Source of the DNA: Spirochaetia bacterium
GTDB taxonomy: Bacteria; Spirochaetota; Spirochaetia; CADAEX01
Reading direction: 5' to 3'
Length of the DNA: 64,000 bases
NCBI GenBank assembly: GCA_963662265.2
Contig: CAXXHA010000010.1
Location: 160,001 to 224,000 of the forward strand
Shown here piece after piece: positions 27,022 through 38,322 of the stretch (its first letter is position 1; every line of letters begins with the position of its first letter). The translations under genes were made by a program, and so were the position numbers. The notes under the pieces were generated by a model that saw only the letters and a program-made list of their open reading frames with translations, was not told where the DNA came from and made no database searches.

Positions 27022-27822
27022 ATGGAAGAAATATACTTAGCCGGAGGATGCCTCTGGGGAGTTCAGGAGTATCTGAGGCACCTGCCCGGCGTTACACTCA
27101 CCGAAGCCGGAAGAGCTAATGGATCAGCAAATACACTGGACAGCGATTATGACGGGTATGCAGAATGCGTTAAGACACAGTTTGATCCCGGCATAATATC
27201 ACTGGAACAATTATTATCATATTTCTTCGAAATCATCGATCCATACAGCAGGGACAGACAGGGAAATGATATAGGAAAAAAATACCGAACAGGTATATAC
27301 AGCACTTCCGGAGAGCACTTGAGAAGAGCCGGAGAATTCATAAAAAAACGAAGCGATGCAGAAAAAATAGTGGTGGAAATTCTGCCTCTTGTAAATTACA
27401 TACGAAGTGCTGATGAGCATCAGGACAGGCTTCAGAGATTTCCCGGGGACTATTGTCATATTCCCAAAAACAAGCTCTACAAATACAGGGAAAACAGGAC
27501 AGAATACAAACTGGAAATATATTTATCCAGAGAACTGATACCACAGATGCTTGCTGAAGTCACAAAATCAGGCGCATGCAGAGTAGGCAACTATGACAAT
27601 GTTGCATCATATTATGAAATAGAAGGCTGCTGGAAACCGCTTGAAAATTCAGCTCCAGCTGCGGGAGAAAAGAATACAGTCAACTACGGCAGGGAATACA
27701 AACTGGAAATCAGATGCAAAGAAAAAAAAGTCAGGGATGTATTACAAAAAATCAGGGAACTGCATCCATATGAAGAGCCCCTGATAAATATCATTAAACT
27801 GGAAAACCACAACTTTGAATAA
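27022..27822 (+). CDS. msrA: Methionine sulfoxide reductase A fused to a YqfO/NIF3-like domain
   Basis: IYLAGGCLWG, YRTGIY, YCHIP; C-terminal YKLEI...GNYD...HPYEEP. Confidence 0.8.
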   Translation: MEEIYLAGGCLWGVQEYLRHLPGVTLTEAGRANGSANTLDSDYDGYAECVKTQFDPGIISLEQLLSYFFEIIDPYSRDRQGNDIGKKYRTGIYSTSGEHLRRAGEFIKKRSDAEKIVVEILPLVNYIRSADEHQDRLQRFPGDYCHIPKNKLYKYRENRTEYKLEIYLSRELIPQMLAEVTKSGACRVGNYDNVASYYEIEGCWKPLENSAPAAGEKNTVNYGREYKLEIRCKEKKVRDVLQKIRELHPYEEPLINIIKLENHNFE

Positions 27823-27944
27823 AAATCCTGAATAGATAACAATCAATATTATAATGTTCCTGCCATCTGATTCTAAAGATTTAAACAAAATAATTGCTGA
27901 TGACAGGAGGGCATGAATGACACAAAATCGGGGAATAAAAAACA

Positions 27945-28499
27945 ATGAACAGACACATAATAATTATTCATGAAATATACGGAGTAACAGAAAATCTCAT
28001 CAAATTAAAAAACACACTGGTAAAATCCGGCTTCACAGTTTCCCTCCCTTCTTTATATGAAGACAATTATGAAGGATCCGATGAAAAGATATCTTATGAT
28101 AAATTCTATTCAGAAGTAGGTCTTGAAAAAGCATACAATATAATTAATGAAATTATTCAGGAAAACAGGGAGAAAGAGATAGTTCTGATTGGATTCAGTA
28201 CAGGTGCGACAGTTGCCTGGCTTCATTCTGCAAATAAAAGAGTAAAAACAATAATCGGAATTTACGGTTCCAGAATCCGCAACTACCTGGAGATTGAACC
28301 TGCGGCTGATGCAAACTTATTTTTCTGCAGAGAACCGTCATTTGATATTGAAAAGATAAACAATATCCTGAATATGAAAAAGAATGTTTTATCGGAAATC
28401 ATACCGGGGAATCATGGATTTTACGGAAAATCAGCATATGATGATTTAAAAGTACAGGACCTGAATGAGGAAATTCTCAGGATTTTAAACAAGCCGTGA
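27945..28499 (+). CDS. Dienelactone hydrolase family protein
   Basis: HEIYG, GFSTGA, YGSRIR, HGF. Confidence 0.82.
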   Translation: MNRHIIIIHEIYGVTENLIKLKNTLVKSGFTVSLPSLYEDNYEGSDEKISYDKFYSEVGLEKAYNIINEIIQENREKEIVLIGFSTGATVAWLHSANKRVKTIIGIYGSRIRNYLEIEPAADANLFFCREPSFDIEKINNILNMKKNVLSEIIPGNHGFYGKSAYDDLKVQDLNEEILRILNKP

Positions 28500-28730
28500 G
28501 TGTAAATAAAACCTTTCTCTTTTACTGCGGATAGAGACATAATTCATGCAGGAATGGTTGCTGCATATAACTAACAATAAACGCATGGAAAAAAGAGCTT
28601 TTTCTTGACCGCATGCAATGCCCAATGTATGCTTTAATCAGGCACATTAAAAACTATAAAAGAATCTATCGAAAAAGACAGGGGACAAGCCCTTTCTGCC
28701 TGAAACCTAACAGTATGAGGTAAGTAATAA

Positions 28731-29903
28731 ATGCGAATGTACCCGTTCACAGCAATTGTCGGTCAGGAGGCTATGAAGACAGCCCTGATTATCCACGCTA
28801 TTGATCCGTCAATAGGCGGAGTACTGATAAGGGGCCAGAAAGGAACTGCCAAAAGTACAGCTGTGAGGGCGTTTGCAGATCTTCTTCCGCGTATCAGGGT
28901 TGTTGCAGGTTGTCCATACCACTGCCCGCCTGATGCATCTTCCTATATACATGATGACTGCAGGCAGAAAGCAGAAAGAGGAGAAAGCTTCATTTCTGTT
29001 GAATGCCCTGTTCCGCTGGTTGAACTGCCTCTCGGGGCCACAGAAGACAGGCTTGTCGGATCACTTCATATAGAACAGGTTATCCACTCGGGAAAAAGGA
29101 TTTTCGAACCAGGCCTGCTTGCAGCAGCCAACCGGGGCATACTCTACGTCGATGAGGTAAACCTTCTGGATGATCACCTGGTGGATCTTCTTCTCGACAC
29201 AGCTGCGTCCGGTATAAACCGGGTAGAGAGGGAGGGGCTTTCAGAAATACATCCGTCCGAGTTTATACTGATAGGCACAATGAATCCGGAGGAGGGAGAA
29301 CTCAGGCCTCAGTTTCTCGACCGATTCGGCCTCTGCATCGGGGTTACAGGGGAACCTGATGTGAAAAAACGGAGTGAACTTGTCAGACGCCGTCTTGCTT
29401 TTGAAAAAGATCCTGAGACATTCTGCTCTTCATGGGATAATGCCCAGGATGCACTTCGGAAGCAGATTGAGAAGGCGCGTATTCTTTTAAAGGAAATATC
29501 CATACCTGATGATGTAATAGATTCCGCATCAAAACTTGCAATAAAAGCAGGTGCCCAGGGGCACCGCGCGGAAATCACAATGACTAAGGTTGCGGCAGTA
29601 CTTGCAGCTTTTCAGGAACGGGAAACAGTAACACATAAAGATATTATTGAAGCTGCAACAATGGCACTTCCTCACAGGATTGACCGCTTTATCGAGCACG
29701 GGGGAGCTGATCTTCCGGAGGAACTGAAAGATGCGCTGAAAGAGGTATTCGGGGAAATGCCTTTTGTGCTTGAGGATGAATCAGAAGAGGATGACAGGTT
29801 CCCCTTATACAGACCTGATGATGATATATTCCCCGGCTCCCATGCCGGCGGCATGACTATCTTCTCATTCCTAAAAAAAAAGCACCCAGCATTGTTCTCC
29901 TAG
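28731..29903 (+). CDS. Chelatase AAA+ subunit (ChlI-like); 0-frame product of a chlD-like gene
   Basis: [50 protein letters not shown]. Confidence 0.9.
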   Translation: MRMYPFTAIVGQEAMKTALIIHAIDPSIGGVLIRGQKGTAKSTAVRAFADLLPRIRVVAGCPYHCPPDASSYIHDDCRQKAERGESFISVECPVPLVELPLGATEDRLVGSLHIEQVIHSGKRIFEPGLLAAANRGILYVDEVNLLDDHLVDLLLDTAASGINRVEREGLSEIHPSEFILIGTMNPEEGELRPQFLDRFGLCIGVTGEPDVKKRSELVRRRLAFEKDPETFCSSWDNAQDALRKQIEKARILLKEISIPDDVIDSASKLAIKAGAQGHRAEITMTKVAAVLAAFQERETVTHKDIIEAATMALPHRIDRFIEHGGADLPEELKDALKEVFGEMPFVLEDESEEDDRFPLYRPDDDIFPGSHAGGMTIFSFLKKKHPALFS

Positions 29904-30680
29904 CTGACGAAACACCACTCCACCTTTCATTCGAAGAACAAAGCAGTTTACCAATGCGGAAAAAACTGAAACCCTCAAGCTGCGGCCGCCATATAGCATC
30001 TGTCCCGTTCAAAGAGGGAGAACATGTAAATGAAATCGATCCACTGGCAACCTGCCTGGCAGCAGCTCTGCGAAGGGCAACGGGAACCTCTTCTGATGCA
30101 GATAACATCATCACCGAACAGGATCTCAGGCGGAGACTCCGGGTGCAGCCTGTGAGAAAAACAATTCTATTCCTGATTGATTCATCAGAATCAATGCTGG
30201 TTGAAGAGCAGATGAAGCTTGCAAAAGGGGCTGTTCTCGGACTGCTGACAAAGGCTTATCAGAAAAGGTACAGGGTCGGTGTTGTTGTATTCCGGGATTC
30301 CCGTGCGGAAGTAGCCCTTCCCCCGACAACAAGTATTGCCAGAGCCCGCCGTGCGCTTCAGGCTGTCGCAACAGGCGGAGGCACCCCGCTTGCAGACGGA
30401 CTTCATACAGTACTCAGGCTGATTAAAATCGGAACGTATCCGACATCCGGATGATGTTACCCAGATGATTCTGGTCACTGACGGCCGGCCGTCTGTTTCA
30501 ATGCAGCAGGGAGCAGATCTCAGAGAAGAGGTCCTTACAATAGCCGCCAGGTTTCCCGCCCGGAACATCCCCTCAATAATTCTTGTCACAGAAGAGGCGG
30601 GAGAACTTATCAGGGAGATTGCGGCAAAACTGAATGCACCTGTCCGGAAAATAACAGATGTTATTCTGGACAGTAATTAA
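29882..30680 (+). CDS. vWA half of the chlD-like gene, in the -1 frame; one extra A near 30425
   Basis: [29 protein letters not shown]; frame open from the A9 run. Confidence 0.75.
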
Positions 30681-30808
30681 TATTAACTTTGAGGATAATT
30701 TTTTTATACTGAAGAGAAGCAAACCAGGTTTATAATATGGGAAATCTTTTTACTTATTTTGAAACATAAATTAATATAAATAATCCAGTAAATACTGAGA
30801 GGATAAAT

Positions 30809-31583
30809 ATGAGCCTTCCTGAAAAAATGAAAATCATCCCCCTTACACCGGAAAATATTCTGGAATACGGATTCTGCGGATATAAAGATGCAGCAAAACA
30901 CAAGGAAATGACAAGAAAGGCAGACTGGTTCAGAAAGTATTATCCCAGAGGTCTCAGAATAAATATTCTCATGTCAGAAAAAAAACGGCAGCCAGGGGAT
31001 GATAGAATATATTCCGGGAGAGTATGCTCACCGCCCTGTAAAGGCAGACAACTATATGTTTATTCACTGCCTTTTTACCGGCTATAAGAAGGAATACAAA
31101 AACCAGGGCTACGGAAGCCTCCTGATAGAAAGCTGCATAAGCGAAGCAGAAAAACTCGGAAAGATCGGTGTTGTTGTCGTAACAAGAAAGGGATCTTTCA
31201 TGGCAAAGAAAGATATATTTATAAAAAAAGGATTCTGTGTTGTTGATAAAAGGAAACCTGACTTTGAATTACTGGAACTGAAATTAAAATCATCACCTGA
31301 CAATCCGGAATTCTCAAATATTTTTCCGGACAAGTATAAGGAAGGGCTTTTCATTCTCCGCTCTCCCCAATGTCCCTACACGGAAAAGAATGTAAAAGCA
31401 ATGGCAGGAACAGCAGAGAAAATGGGGCTTAACCCGGTAGTCGTTGATCTTAACGGGCATGAAGATGCCAGGAAAAATCCCAGCCCTTTCGGGACATTCG
31501 CACTGATATATAACGGGGAAATACTGAGCCACCACCCTATCAGCAATACAAGGTTCATGAATATCATGAAATCCATCTCATAA
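30809..31583 (+). CDS. YoaP-like GNAT, split by one extra A in the A8 run (30978-30985)
   Basis: Removing one A gives SEKNGSQGMIEYIPGE; C-terminal QCPY...PSPFGTF. Confidence 0.75.
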
Positions 31584-31742
31584 TACGGAAATCCTGCTTA
31601 TTCATTTCAAGAGTCAGCCATTATGCGGAAAGACAAATTGCCTGGTGATATAAAATAATTTATATCTTCCTGCAAAATATAAACTATAAAAAATGATGCA
31701 GAATTGACTGTATATGGAAAAATACATGGAGTAAAATATTTC

Positions 31743-32249
31743 ATGATAAAAAAAATTACACTAAAAGATTTTGACATAGTAAAAGATTTGTTTAAAAGTG
31801 TGACTGCTGATATGAGTTCTGCCGGTATTGATCAGTGGGATGATAAATACCCGTCATACGATATATTAACAGAAGATATTACTTCGGGATCTGCTTTCGG
31901 TTATTTTATTGAAAATAAACCTGAAGCCTATATTGTTCTTAATGAAAAATATGACAGGGAATATGATGAAGTGGAATGGCAGTATGATCATGGCAATTCA
32001 CTGATAATTCACAGGCTTGCAGTTCATCCGGATTTCCAGAACAGGGGAATTGCAAAATCAATGATGAATTTTGCCGAAATTTTTGCATCTGAAAACAAAT
32101 ATTCAGCTATACGGTTTGATGCGTTTGAAAAAAATCACAAATCGGTAAATTTCTATGAAAAACTTGGATACAGTATCCCGGGAACTGTCAGGTTCAGGAA
32201 AGGGATTTTCTGCTGTTTCGAAAAATTACTGAAACCTTCCGTCCTATAA
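31743..32249 (+). CDS. GNAT acetyltransferase
   Basis: GIDQWD..YP, IHRLAVHPDFQNRGIA. Confidence 0.88.
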   Translation: MIKKITLKDFDIVKDLFKSVTADMSSAGIDQWDDKYPSYDILTEDITSGSAFGYFIENKPEAYIVLNEKYDREYDEVEWQYDHGNSLIIHRLAVHPDFQNRGIAKSMMNFAEIFASENKYSAIRFDAFEKNHKSVNFYEKLGYSIPGTVRFRKGIFCCFEKLLKPSVL

Positions 32250-32411
32250 AGGACAGTATCATTTGACAGATTGCTGTTAAAGATAATATCAACAATCCCT
32301 TCAGTTAAGAATATGAGCGCTGGATTTTAACAGAAAAATCGGGGCCGGAAAATACAGAAATGCTTCTTTACAGAAAAATAAATAAACAGGCTCCTTAAGA
32401 GATAATAAAAT

Positions 32412-33416
32412 TCACACAAGGACTGACATGAATATCATCAGATACAGGGGAAGAAGGACAATATACAGAATATATGTCACAAAAAGAATATAGGCTGTAA
32501 GATCCTCATTTACACCGGCATTCATGGCCATTGTGGAAAAATTATTAGCCGGGGGAATGTGGAATTCAAGGAACAGAACAAATATTATAACCTTATCTAT
32601 TCCCAATGGTTTCAGGATAAAAATACAGAAAAGAAAATAAATAACAGGAAGCAGCACATATCTTACAGCAATGACACCGACAAGAACAGTATTCATCTGC
32701 CTCCTTACGGAATCATGGAGATGAATCCCTGCAATCATTGCTCCGAGAGTCACAAGAATCAGGGGGGCAAGGATTGTTCCCAGCTTTTCAATTGCGGTAT
32801 AGATATAGAGAAGTGGCATTTCCGGATTAAAAACAATTTCCTGAAGGTGGAAAAGAGGAATTAAAAGCCCTGCAAGTATACCGCACACGGGGGGAGAAAT
32901 AAAATTCCTGAGTGAAAAATCATGTCCCCTTTTGGTAATAAGGTTATTTCCAAGGGACCACAGAAGAGGACTGTAAAGAAAAATATAAATACCAATAAGG
33001 ATTACTGCCTTATCCAGGTCAAAGTACCTGGAAAAAACAGGAATTGTCATGGGAAATATTTCTATCAGGGAGATTGGAACATATCCTGAGTTGCCGAAAG
33101 CTCCCAGAGCTGTACCGGCTCTTTTTTCATTTGTCTTCAGGGGAAGAAATCTGAATACAGCAAATGCAAGCAGAAACGCTGCAGAAAAACTGACCAGGGC
33201 TGCAAGCGGCATGTATAGGGAATTTCTGAAAACATTCAGATCCGCCCTTCCCATCTTTGCAAAAAAATAAAGGGGAAGAGCAGCCTTTACAAGAAAAGCG
33301 CTTACTGATTTCTGAAACCCCTGATCTACCAGGCCAGCCTTTCTTGCAATAAAACCTATGCTCATGAGCACAAGAATCTGTATTGATGTATAAAATCCGG
33401 GAAGTATATATTCCAT
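32412..33416 (-). CDS. AEC (auxin efflux carrier) family transporter
   Basis: About 10 TM segments, FGNSGY, SPP, PPA motifs. Confidence 0.82.
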   Translation of the reverse strand: MEYILPGFYTSIQILVLMSIGFIARKAGLVDQGFQKSVSAFLVKAALPLYFFAKMGRADLNVFRNSLYMPLAALVSFSAAFLLAFAVFRFLPLKTNEKRAGTALGAFGNSGYVPISLIEIFPMTIPVFSRYFDLDKAVILIGIYIFLYSPLLWSLGNNLITKRGHDFSLRNFISPPVCGILAGLLIPLFHLQEIVFNPEMPLLYIYTAIEKLGTILAPLILVTLGAMIAGIHLHDSVRRQMNTVLVGVIAVRYVLLPVIYFLFCIFILKPLGIDKVIIFVLFLEFHIPPANNFSTMAMNAGVNEDLTAYILFVTYILYIVLLPLYLMIFMSVLV

Positions 33417-33612
33417 AACTTAAAGAAAGTATAATAATTAAACTCATGGAAGCAAAGGGAGAAATAAAGGATATAAAAAATATCTTTTAAAATGGCAGAA
33501 AATCTCTGATAATAAAACCGGGAAAAAGACCAGCAGACATGATATGATTTAACCCATATGAAAGAAAGTTAATGGAAACAATAAATAATTCAAAAAGGAG
33601 AACTTACAGGAA

Positions 33613-34464
33613 ATGTATGAATGCAGGAATTTAAGCAGTATTGATATTGAAATTATCCGATCCACATTTGAAGATGCTTTTTCAAACTATGAGGTAAAAG
33701 TAGAAATGCCCCTCGAAAAGCTGAAAGAGATGATGAAAACAAGGGACTACAGGGCAGAACTATCTTTCGGGTGTTTTGACGGGAAGGAACTGGTTGGTGT
33801 AAGCCTCACAGGATACAGGGAGATAAACAGGAAAAAATACTGCTATGATACCGGAACAGGTATAAGGGTGAAATACCAGAACAGGAAGATAGGCAGCCTT
33901 ATCATAAAAGAACTTATCAGTTACCTTAAATCATATGATATTGATTATTTCCAGCTGGAAGTACTTGTTAACAATCTGCCTGCGCAGAAAATATATCTGA
34001 ATAACGGTTTTGAAGTGACAAGAAAACTCAACTGCTATGAACTTTCAGGCAGAATAGCTGACATAGATACTTCGGGATACAGCTTTTCAGATTCCGCTGA
34101 TTATCTTGAAAAACTGGATGAAGAAAAATACTGTTCATATCAGCCATCATGGCAGAACTGCCTGACAGCATACTTCAACAGCAAAGATGTTCATGAAGTT
34201 TTCATAATTCCCGGAAAAAGAAATATTGCAGCCTATGCAATTGTACACAGGGTAAACGGATCTATTTTACAGCTGGGAGTTGAAGAATCAGAAAGAGACA
34301 ATGGACTCGAAAGAATCCTTCTCGGAAAAATACATTCTGTGCTTAAAAAAGAAAGGTATTCAGTATCAAACGTGGAAGATGAATCATATATGGACGGGAA
34401 ACTAAAGGAACTGGGATTTGTAAACAGTATCAGCCAGTATGAAATGATTCTGGAGATGAAATGA
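33613..34464 (+). CDS. Double-domain GNAT
   Basis: AFSNY, YDTGTG, LEVL..N..A...Y...GF, PSWQN. Confidence 0.82.
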   Translation: MYECRNLSSIDIEIIRSTFEDAFSNYEVKVEMPLEKLKEMMKTRDYRAELSFGCFDGKELVGVSLTGYREINRKKYCYDTGTGIRVKYQNRKIGSLIIKELISYLKSYDIDYFQLEVLVNNLPAQKIYLNNGFEVTRKLNCYELSGRIADIDTSGYSFSDSADYLEKLDEEKYCSYQPSWQNCLTAYFNSKDVHEVFIIPGKRNIAAYAIVHRVNGSILQLGVEESERDNGLERILLGKIHSVLKKERYSVSNVEDESYMDGKLKELGFVNSISQYEMILEMK

Positions 34465-34577
34465 AACTAATGAAATGCAGCCGGGCAGACCTTGAAACAA
34501 TAATTGAAATTGGAAGAGAAACCTGCTATGACACGTTATATATTCAGAGGGATTATATCCTCAGAAAGGATCTGTAA
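34461..34577 (+). pseudogene. Internally deleted PaiA-like GNAT remnant (38 aa)
   Basis: MKLMKCSRADLETIIEIGRETCYDT joined in frame to IQRDYILRKDL. Confidence 0.5.
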
Positions 34578-34672
34578 CCAGGTATAATCAAAAACTCTGG
34601 AACCAGACAGGATATCAGAAAAAGAGTCCTGTTAAGCGATAAACAGTCTAAATAATAGAAAAGGAATACATA

Positions 34673-35158
34673 TTGGCAAAAATACTGATAAGCTCATGTC
34701 TCCTGGGCAGTAAAGTCCGCTACAACGGGACAGATATCAAACCGGATAATGAAATCCTTGAAAAAATAATAAGGGAAAATGAAATTATATCATTCTGCCC
34801 GGAAGTTTCAGCAGGCTTGCCGATTCCGCGCACACCAGCTGAAATAAGCAGCGGAGGGGGAGAAGATGTTATTTCAGGATCTTCTAAAGTAAAGGATAAA
34901 ACAGGGGCTGATGTTACAGAAGAATTCATACGAGGTGCGGAACTGGCGCTTGAGCTTTGCAGAAAGGAAAAAATCGAGCTGGCAGTCCTGGCGGAAAGAA
35001 GCCCTTCCTGCGGAAGCAGTCTCATATATGACGGGACTTTCTCCGGCAGACTGGTAAAGGGAAAAGGGGTAACCACAGCTCTCCTTGAAAAATCAGGGAT
35101 AAGAGTGTTCAGCCAGTTCAGTATTTCAGCATTGCAGGATTTTTTAGCCGATGATTAA
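34673..35158 (+). CDS. DUF523 / 2-thiouracil desulfurase-like protein
   Basis: ISSCLLG..VRY, CPEV..GL..PR, RSPSCG. Confidence 0.88.
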   Translation: MAKILISSCLLGSKVRYNGTDIKPDNEILEKIIRENEIISFCPEVSAGLPIPRTPAEISSGGGEDVISGSSKVKDKTGADVTEEFIRGAELALELCRKEKIELAVLAERSPSCGSSLIYDGTFSGRLVKGKGVTTALLEKSGIRVFSQFSISALQDFLADD

Positions 35159-35229
35159 GCATTATCATCATTTCTGTATATAATTATTATATAGAATTAA
35201 AGAAATATGATTTCCTTCAGGAAGGAAAA

Positions 35230-35751
35230 ATGAAGACTGATGTCGAGTTTCTCGAATACATGTGGCCTATGCGCCATTTTCTCATCACATGCGGAAATAT
35301 AGAAAGCAGGAAAAATATTACAGCTGTGAGTTTCTGCATGCCGGTATCAAAGAAGCCGGCGCAAATTGCAATTGCAATCACGAAAGACTCATATTCCTAT
35401 GAGCTTATAACCGAGAGCAGGGAGTTTGCAGTAAATATTCCTCTTCAGGACTTTTCATCACAGATTTATTACTGCGGTTTTCATTCAGGGAGAGATGTGG
35501 ATAAATTCGAAGAGACAGGGTTTTCAGCAGTAAAAGCAAAAAAAATACATTCTCCTGTAATTGGGGAATGTATCGCGCATATGGAATGCAGATATGCGGG
35601 CAGGAAAAAGACAGGGGACAAGGTTCTGATTATAGGAGATGTCGTTGAAGCATATGCAGATAAATCCTTCTCTGCCGGGCTGAAATTCACAGATTACGCA
35701 TTCGGGGATTTTCCCAGAAAAATATACAGCACCCGTTTCGGCAAAAACTGA
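35230..35751 (+). CDS. Flavin reductase-like protein
   Basis: EFAVNIP, CG..SGRDVDKF, EC. Confidence 0.85.
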   Translation: MKTDVEFLEYMWPMRHFLITCGNIESRKNITAVSFCMPVSKKPAQIAIAITKDSYSYELITESREFAVNIPLQDFSSQIYYCGFHSGRDVDKFEETGFSAVKAKKIHSPVIGECIAHMECRYAGRKKTGDKVLIIGDVVEAYADKSFSAGLKFTDYAFGDFPRKIYSTRFGKN

Positions 35752-35824
35752 CCGAAGATATTTTATAACAGAACTTTCTCACACATGAGTAGCAACATAA
35801 AAGTAACGAGAAATAATAACAGTT

Positions 35825-36040
35825 TTACAGTTTTTCAAACTTCTTATTCATACTCTCTCTCGACCTGGCTGTTTTGCAGTTTTCGCAGAAAAAACTGACA
35901 GAACCACAGCTCTCAACCTGTACCGGAGTACTGCCGCATACCTCGCAGCTGAATAGGACTTTCCACCTTACCCCGCATTCCCCGCACCGGTAGGAGCTCC
36001 CTGCCCCGTTGAGTTTTCCGCCGCAATCAGGACAATTCAT
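35825..36040 (-). CDS. Double zinc-ribbon protein (YfgJ-like)
   Basis: Four CxxC pairs, CGSVSFFC. Confidence 0.7.
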   Translation of the reverse strand: MNCPDCGGKLNGAGSSYRCGECGVRWKVLFSCEVCGSTPVQVESCGSVSFFCENCKTARSRESMNKKFEKL

Positions 36041-36102
36041 AATTCTTCCCCCTGTTCACTGAAAATAGATCAGATACATCTTAAATATAATAATATTCAC
36101 AG

Positions 36103-36993
36103 CTAATTTGCAAAATTATCTGAAAGAGTCAGCAGAGCCTTAAGCGCGGGGGAAATCCATTTATCCTTGTGATACAGGACCTGGGAATAGATTGAAAGCT
36201 CAGCATCAGGAGTATCAAAGCTGACAAGGACCTTACTTTCTATCTCCTTCCTTACAGTTGTTTCGGGAAGGAACGAGATGCCGTGCCCGCTTTTAACAAA
36301 ATGCTTTATTGCTTCTATACTTTCAAAATCAAGGTGTGATTTATACTTAATCTTTTTTTCGTCAAGATACCTGTCGAAAAGCTCCCTGTATTTGCTCCTC
36401 TGCGGTGTGAGAATAAGAGTCTGGTCTTTGAAGTCTTCGGGGGAAAGCTCATGTTTATCAGCAATACGGCTTCCCCCCCCTGCAACAATTACGAGTTTTT
36501 CCTCGGAAAGTATATGTGTAACAAGGTTCGGGTAATCTGTTTCATCATCAAGAACAAATGCAATATCTATAACACTGCTGTTGAGCCAGTCAGGGAAATC
36601 ATAGCAGCTTCCCATTTTAAGATTCAGCTCAACATCGGGATAGAGATTATTATACTGCATCAGAAGGTCGGGGAGCTTGTAAAAACACTGCGATTCTGTC
36701 ATTCCCACTTTAAGAACCCCCTTTACAGTATCCTTATCAGAGGATGACATTGCAGTCTCAGCCTCGCTGCACAGGTTCAGGATTCGTGATGAATATTCAA
36801 GAAGTTTTCTCCCGTCATGAGTAAGTTCAATCCTGTTTCCTATCCTCTCAAAAAGCACTGTATCAAGATCTGCTTCAAGCTTCCTGATCTGGTCGGAAAT
36901 ACTTGACTGGGAATAATTAAGCTCTTCTGAAGCTGCGGTGAAACTGTTAAGAGCTGCAACTGTATTGAAAGATTTAAGAAGTCTGATTTCCAT
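36103..36993 (-). CDS. LysR-family regulator
   Basis: SFTAASEELNYSQSSIS.QI..LE...LFER. Confidence 0.92.
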   Translation of the reverse strand: MEIRLLKSFNTVAALNSFTAASEELNYSQSSISDQIRKLEADLDTVLFERIGNRIELTHDGRKLLEYSSRILNLCSEAETAMSSSDKDTVKGVLKVGMTESQCFYKLPDLLMQYNNLYPDVELNLKMGSCYDFPDWLNSSVIDIAFVLDDETDYPNLVTHILSEEKLVIVAGGGSRIADKHELSPEDFKDQTLILTPQRSKYRELFDRYLDEKKIKYKSHLDFESIEAIKHFVKSGHGISFLPETTVRKEIESKVLVSFDTPDAELSIYSQVLYHKDKWISPALKALLTLSDNFAN

Positions 36994-37205
36994 GATTTCC
37001 CCCTGTACCATATTCAGTTATCCTGTTCTGAAAACAAGCATAGTCATCGATTATTCCGATAGCTTCTATCTAAACTATCCGTTTTACTGTTTCAACTCCT
37101 CATGATAGCATGGAAACCGGCCAGAATGATCATTCTTTTTTTCGAAGGGCAGCTTTAATTGCTCATGTATGAATATTAATTGACTAATTGTTGACGGAGA
37201 ACGGA

Positions 37206-38129
37206 ATGACATATTTATGGATACTGATGACTGTATTTTTCTGGGGGACATCTTTTGCCGCATCCAAGGCAGGGATGGGAAGCCTCAATCCACTTCACTT
37301 TTTGTTTTTGAGGCTGCTGTTTTCAGCTGTTATTTTTACAGCAGTCCTGATACTGATGCCTGAATCAAAAAGAAAAATTCAGAAGGAAGATATTCCCAGG
37401 CTTTTTTTCCTGAGCCTGATAGGAATAAGCGGCTACTTTACAATACAGTACACAGCACTGACAATTACAACGACAGTCAATGCATCCCTTATAATCGGGA
37501 TGTCGCCTGTATTTATTGCCCTTTATATGCATTTCTCAGGAAAGGAATATTTAAGAAAAATTCAGGCAGCAGGAATAGCATTGAGTTTTGCAGGAATTAT
37601 CCTGGTTATTACAGGGGGAAATCCTGCAGGTATAGTTGCAGCAGGTCATTTTTCAGGAGACATGCTGATGATTCTCAATGCTGTAATGCTTGCAGTCTTT
37701 ACTGTAAGCGCAAGTGATATGGTAAAAAAATACAACCCCTTCACTGTAGTCGCAGTTATAAACATTATAGCGCTGTTTATTCTCATGCCTGTTATCTTAA
37801 CTGATAATCCGTTTTCTGAAGTTTCAATACTTCACATCATCAACAAAATTGAACTTAAAACCTGCCTTGCAGCTCTATACCTTGCAGTATTCTGCACAAT
37901 AATAGGGTATTACGGATGGTACAGGGGAATCAGAAACATAGGGGCGGCAAAAACATCTGTGTTCAACTACATGAATCCCCTTGTTGCAGCGGTTGTTTCG
38001 CATTTTGTCTTCAATGAAAAATTTTCAGTCTACACAGCAGCGGGAACAGCCCTTGTTCTTACAGGGGTCTTCATGGGAAGCAGCATAAGCAGCGTCCTGA
38101 AAAAAGGCCACGCAGTAGAAAAAACATGA
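37206..38129 (+). CDS. DMT/EamA transporter, divergent from LysR
   Basis: FWGTSF, about 10 TM segments. Confidence 0.88.
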   Translation: MTYLWILMTVFFWGTSFAASKAGMGSLNPLHFLFLRLLFSAVIFTAVLILMPESKRKIQKEDIPRLFFLSLIGISGYFTIQYTALTITTTVNASLIIGMSPVFIALYMHFSGKEYLRKIQAAGIALSFAGIILVITGGNPAGIVAAGHFSGDMLMILNAVMLAVFTVSASDMVKKYNPFTVVAVINIIALFILMPVILTDNPFSEVSILHIINKIELKTCLAALYLAVFCTIIGYYGWYRGIRNIGAAKTSVFNYMNPLVAAVVSHFVFNEKFSVYTAAGTALVLTGVFMGSSISSVLKKGHAVEKT

Positions 38130-38322
38130 ATATGATCTATGGTGAACATGGGTTTACCGGGATTGCCTGAGTAACCGGGGTTGCTGGTGTTGCAGGTATT
38201 ACCGGAGTTTCCCGATTCTATCAGGCAAAACAGGGAAGCTGTGAAAAACTCATAATAAATAAGCCCCCGGAATTTGATTTTGAAGCTGTCATTTCCTATG
38301 ATTTATTAGCAGGGGGAAATCT

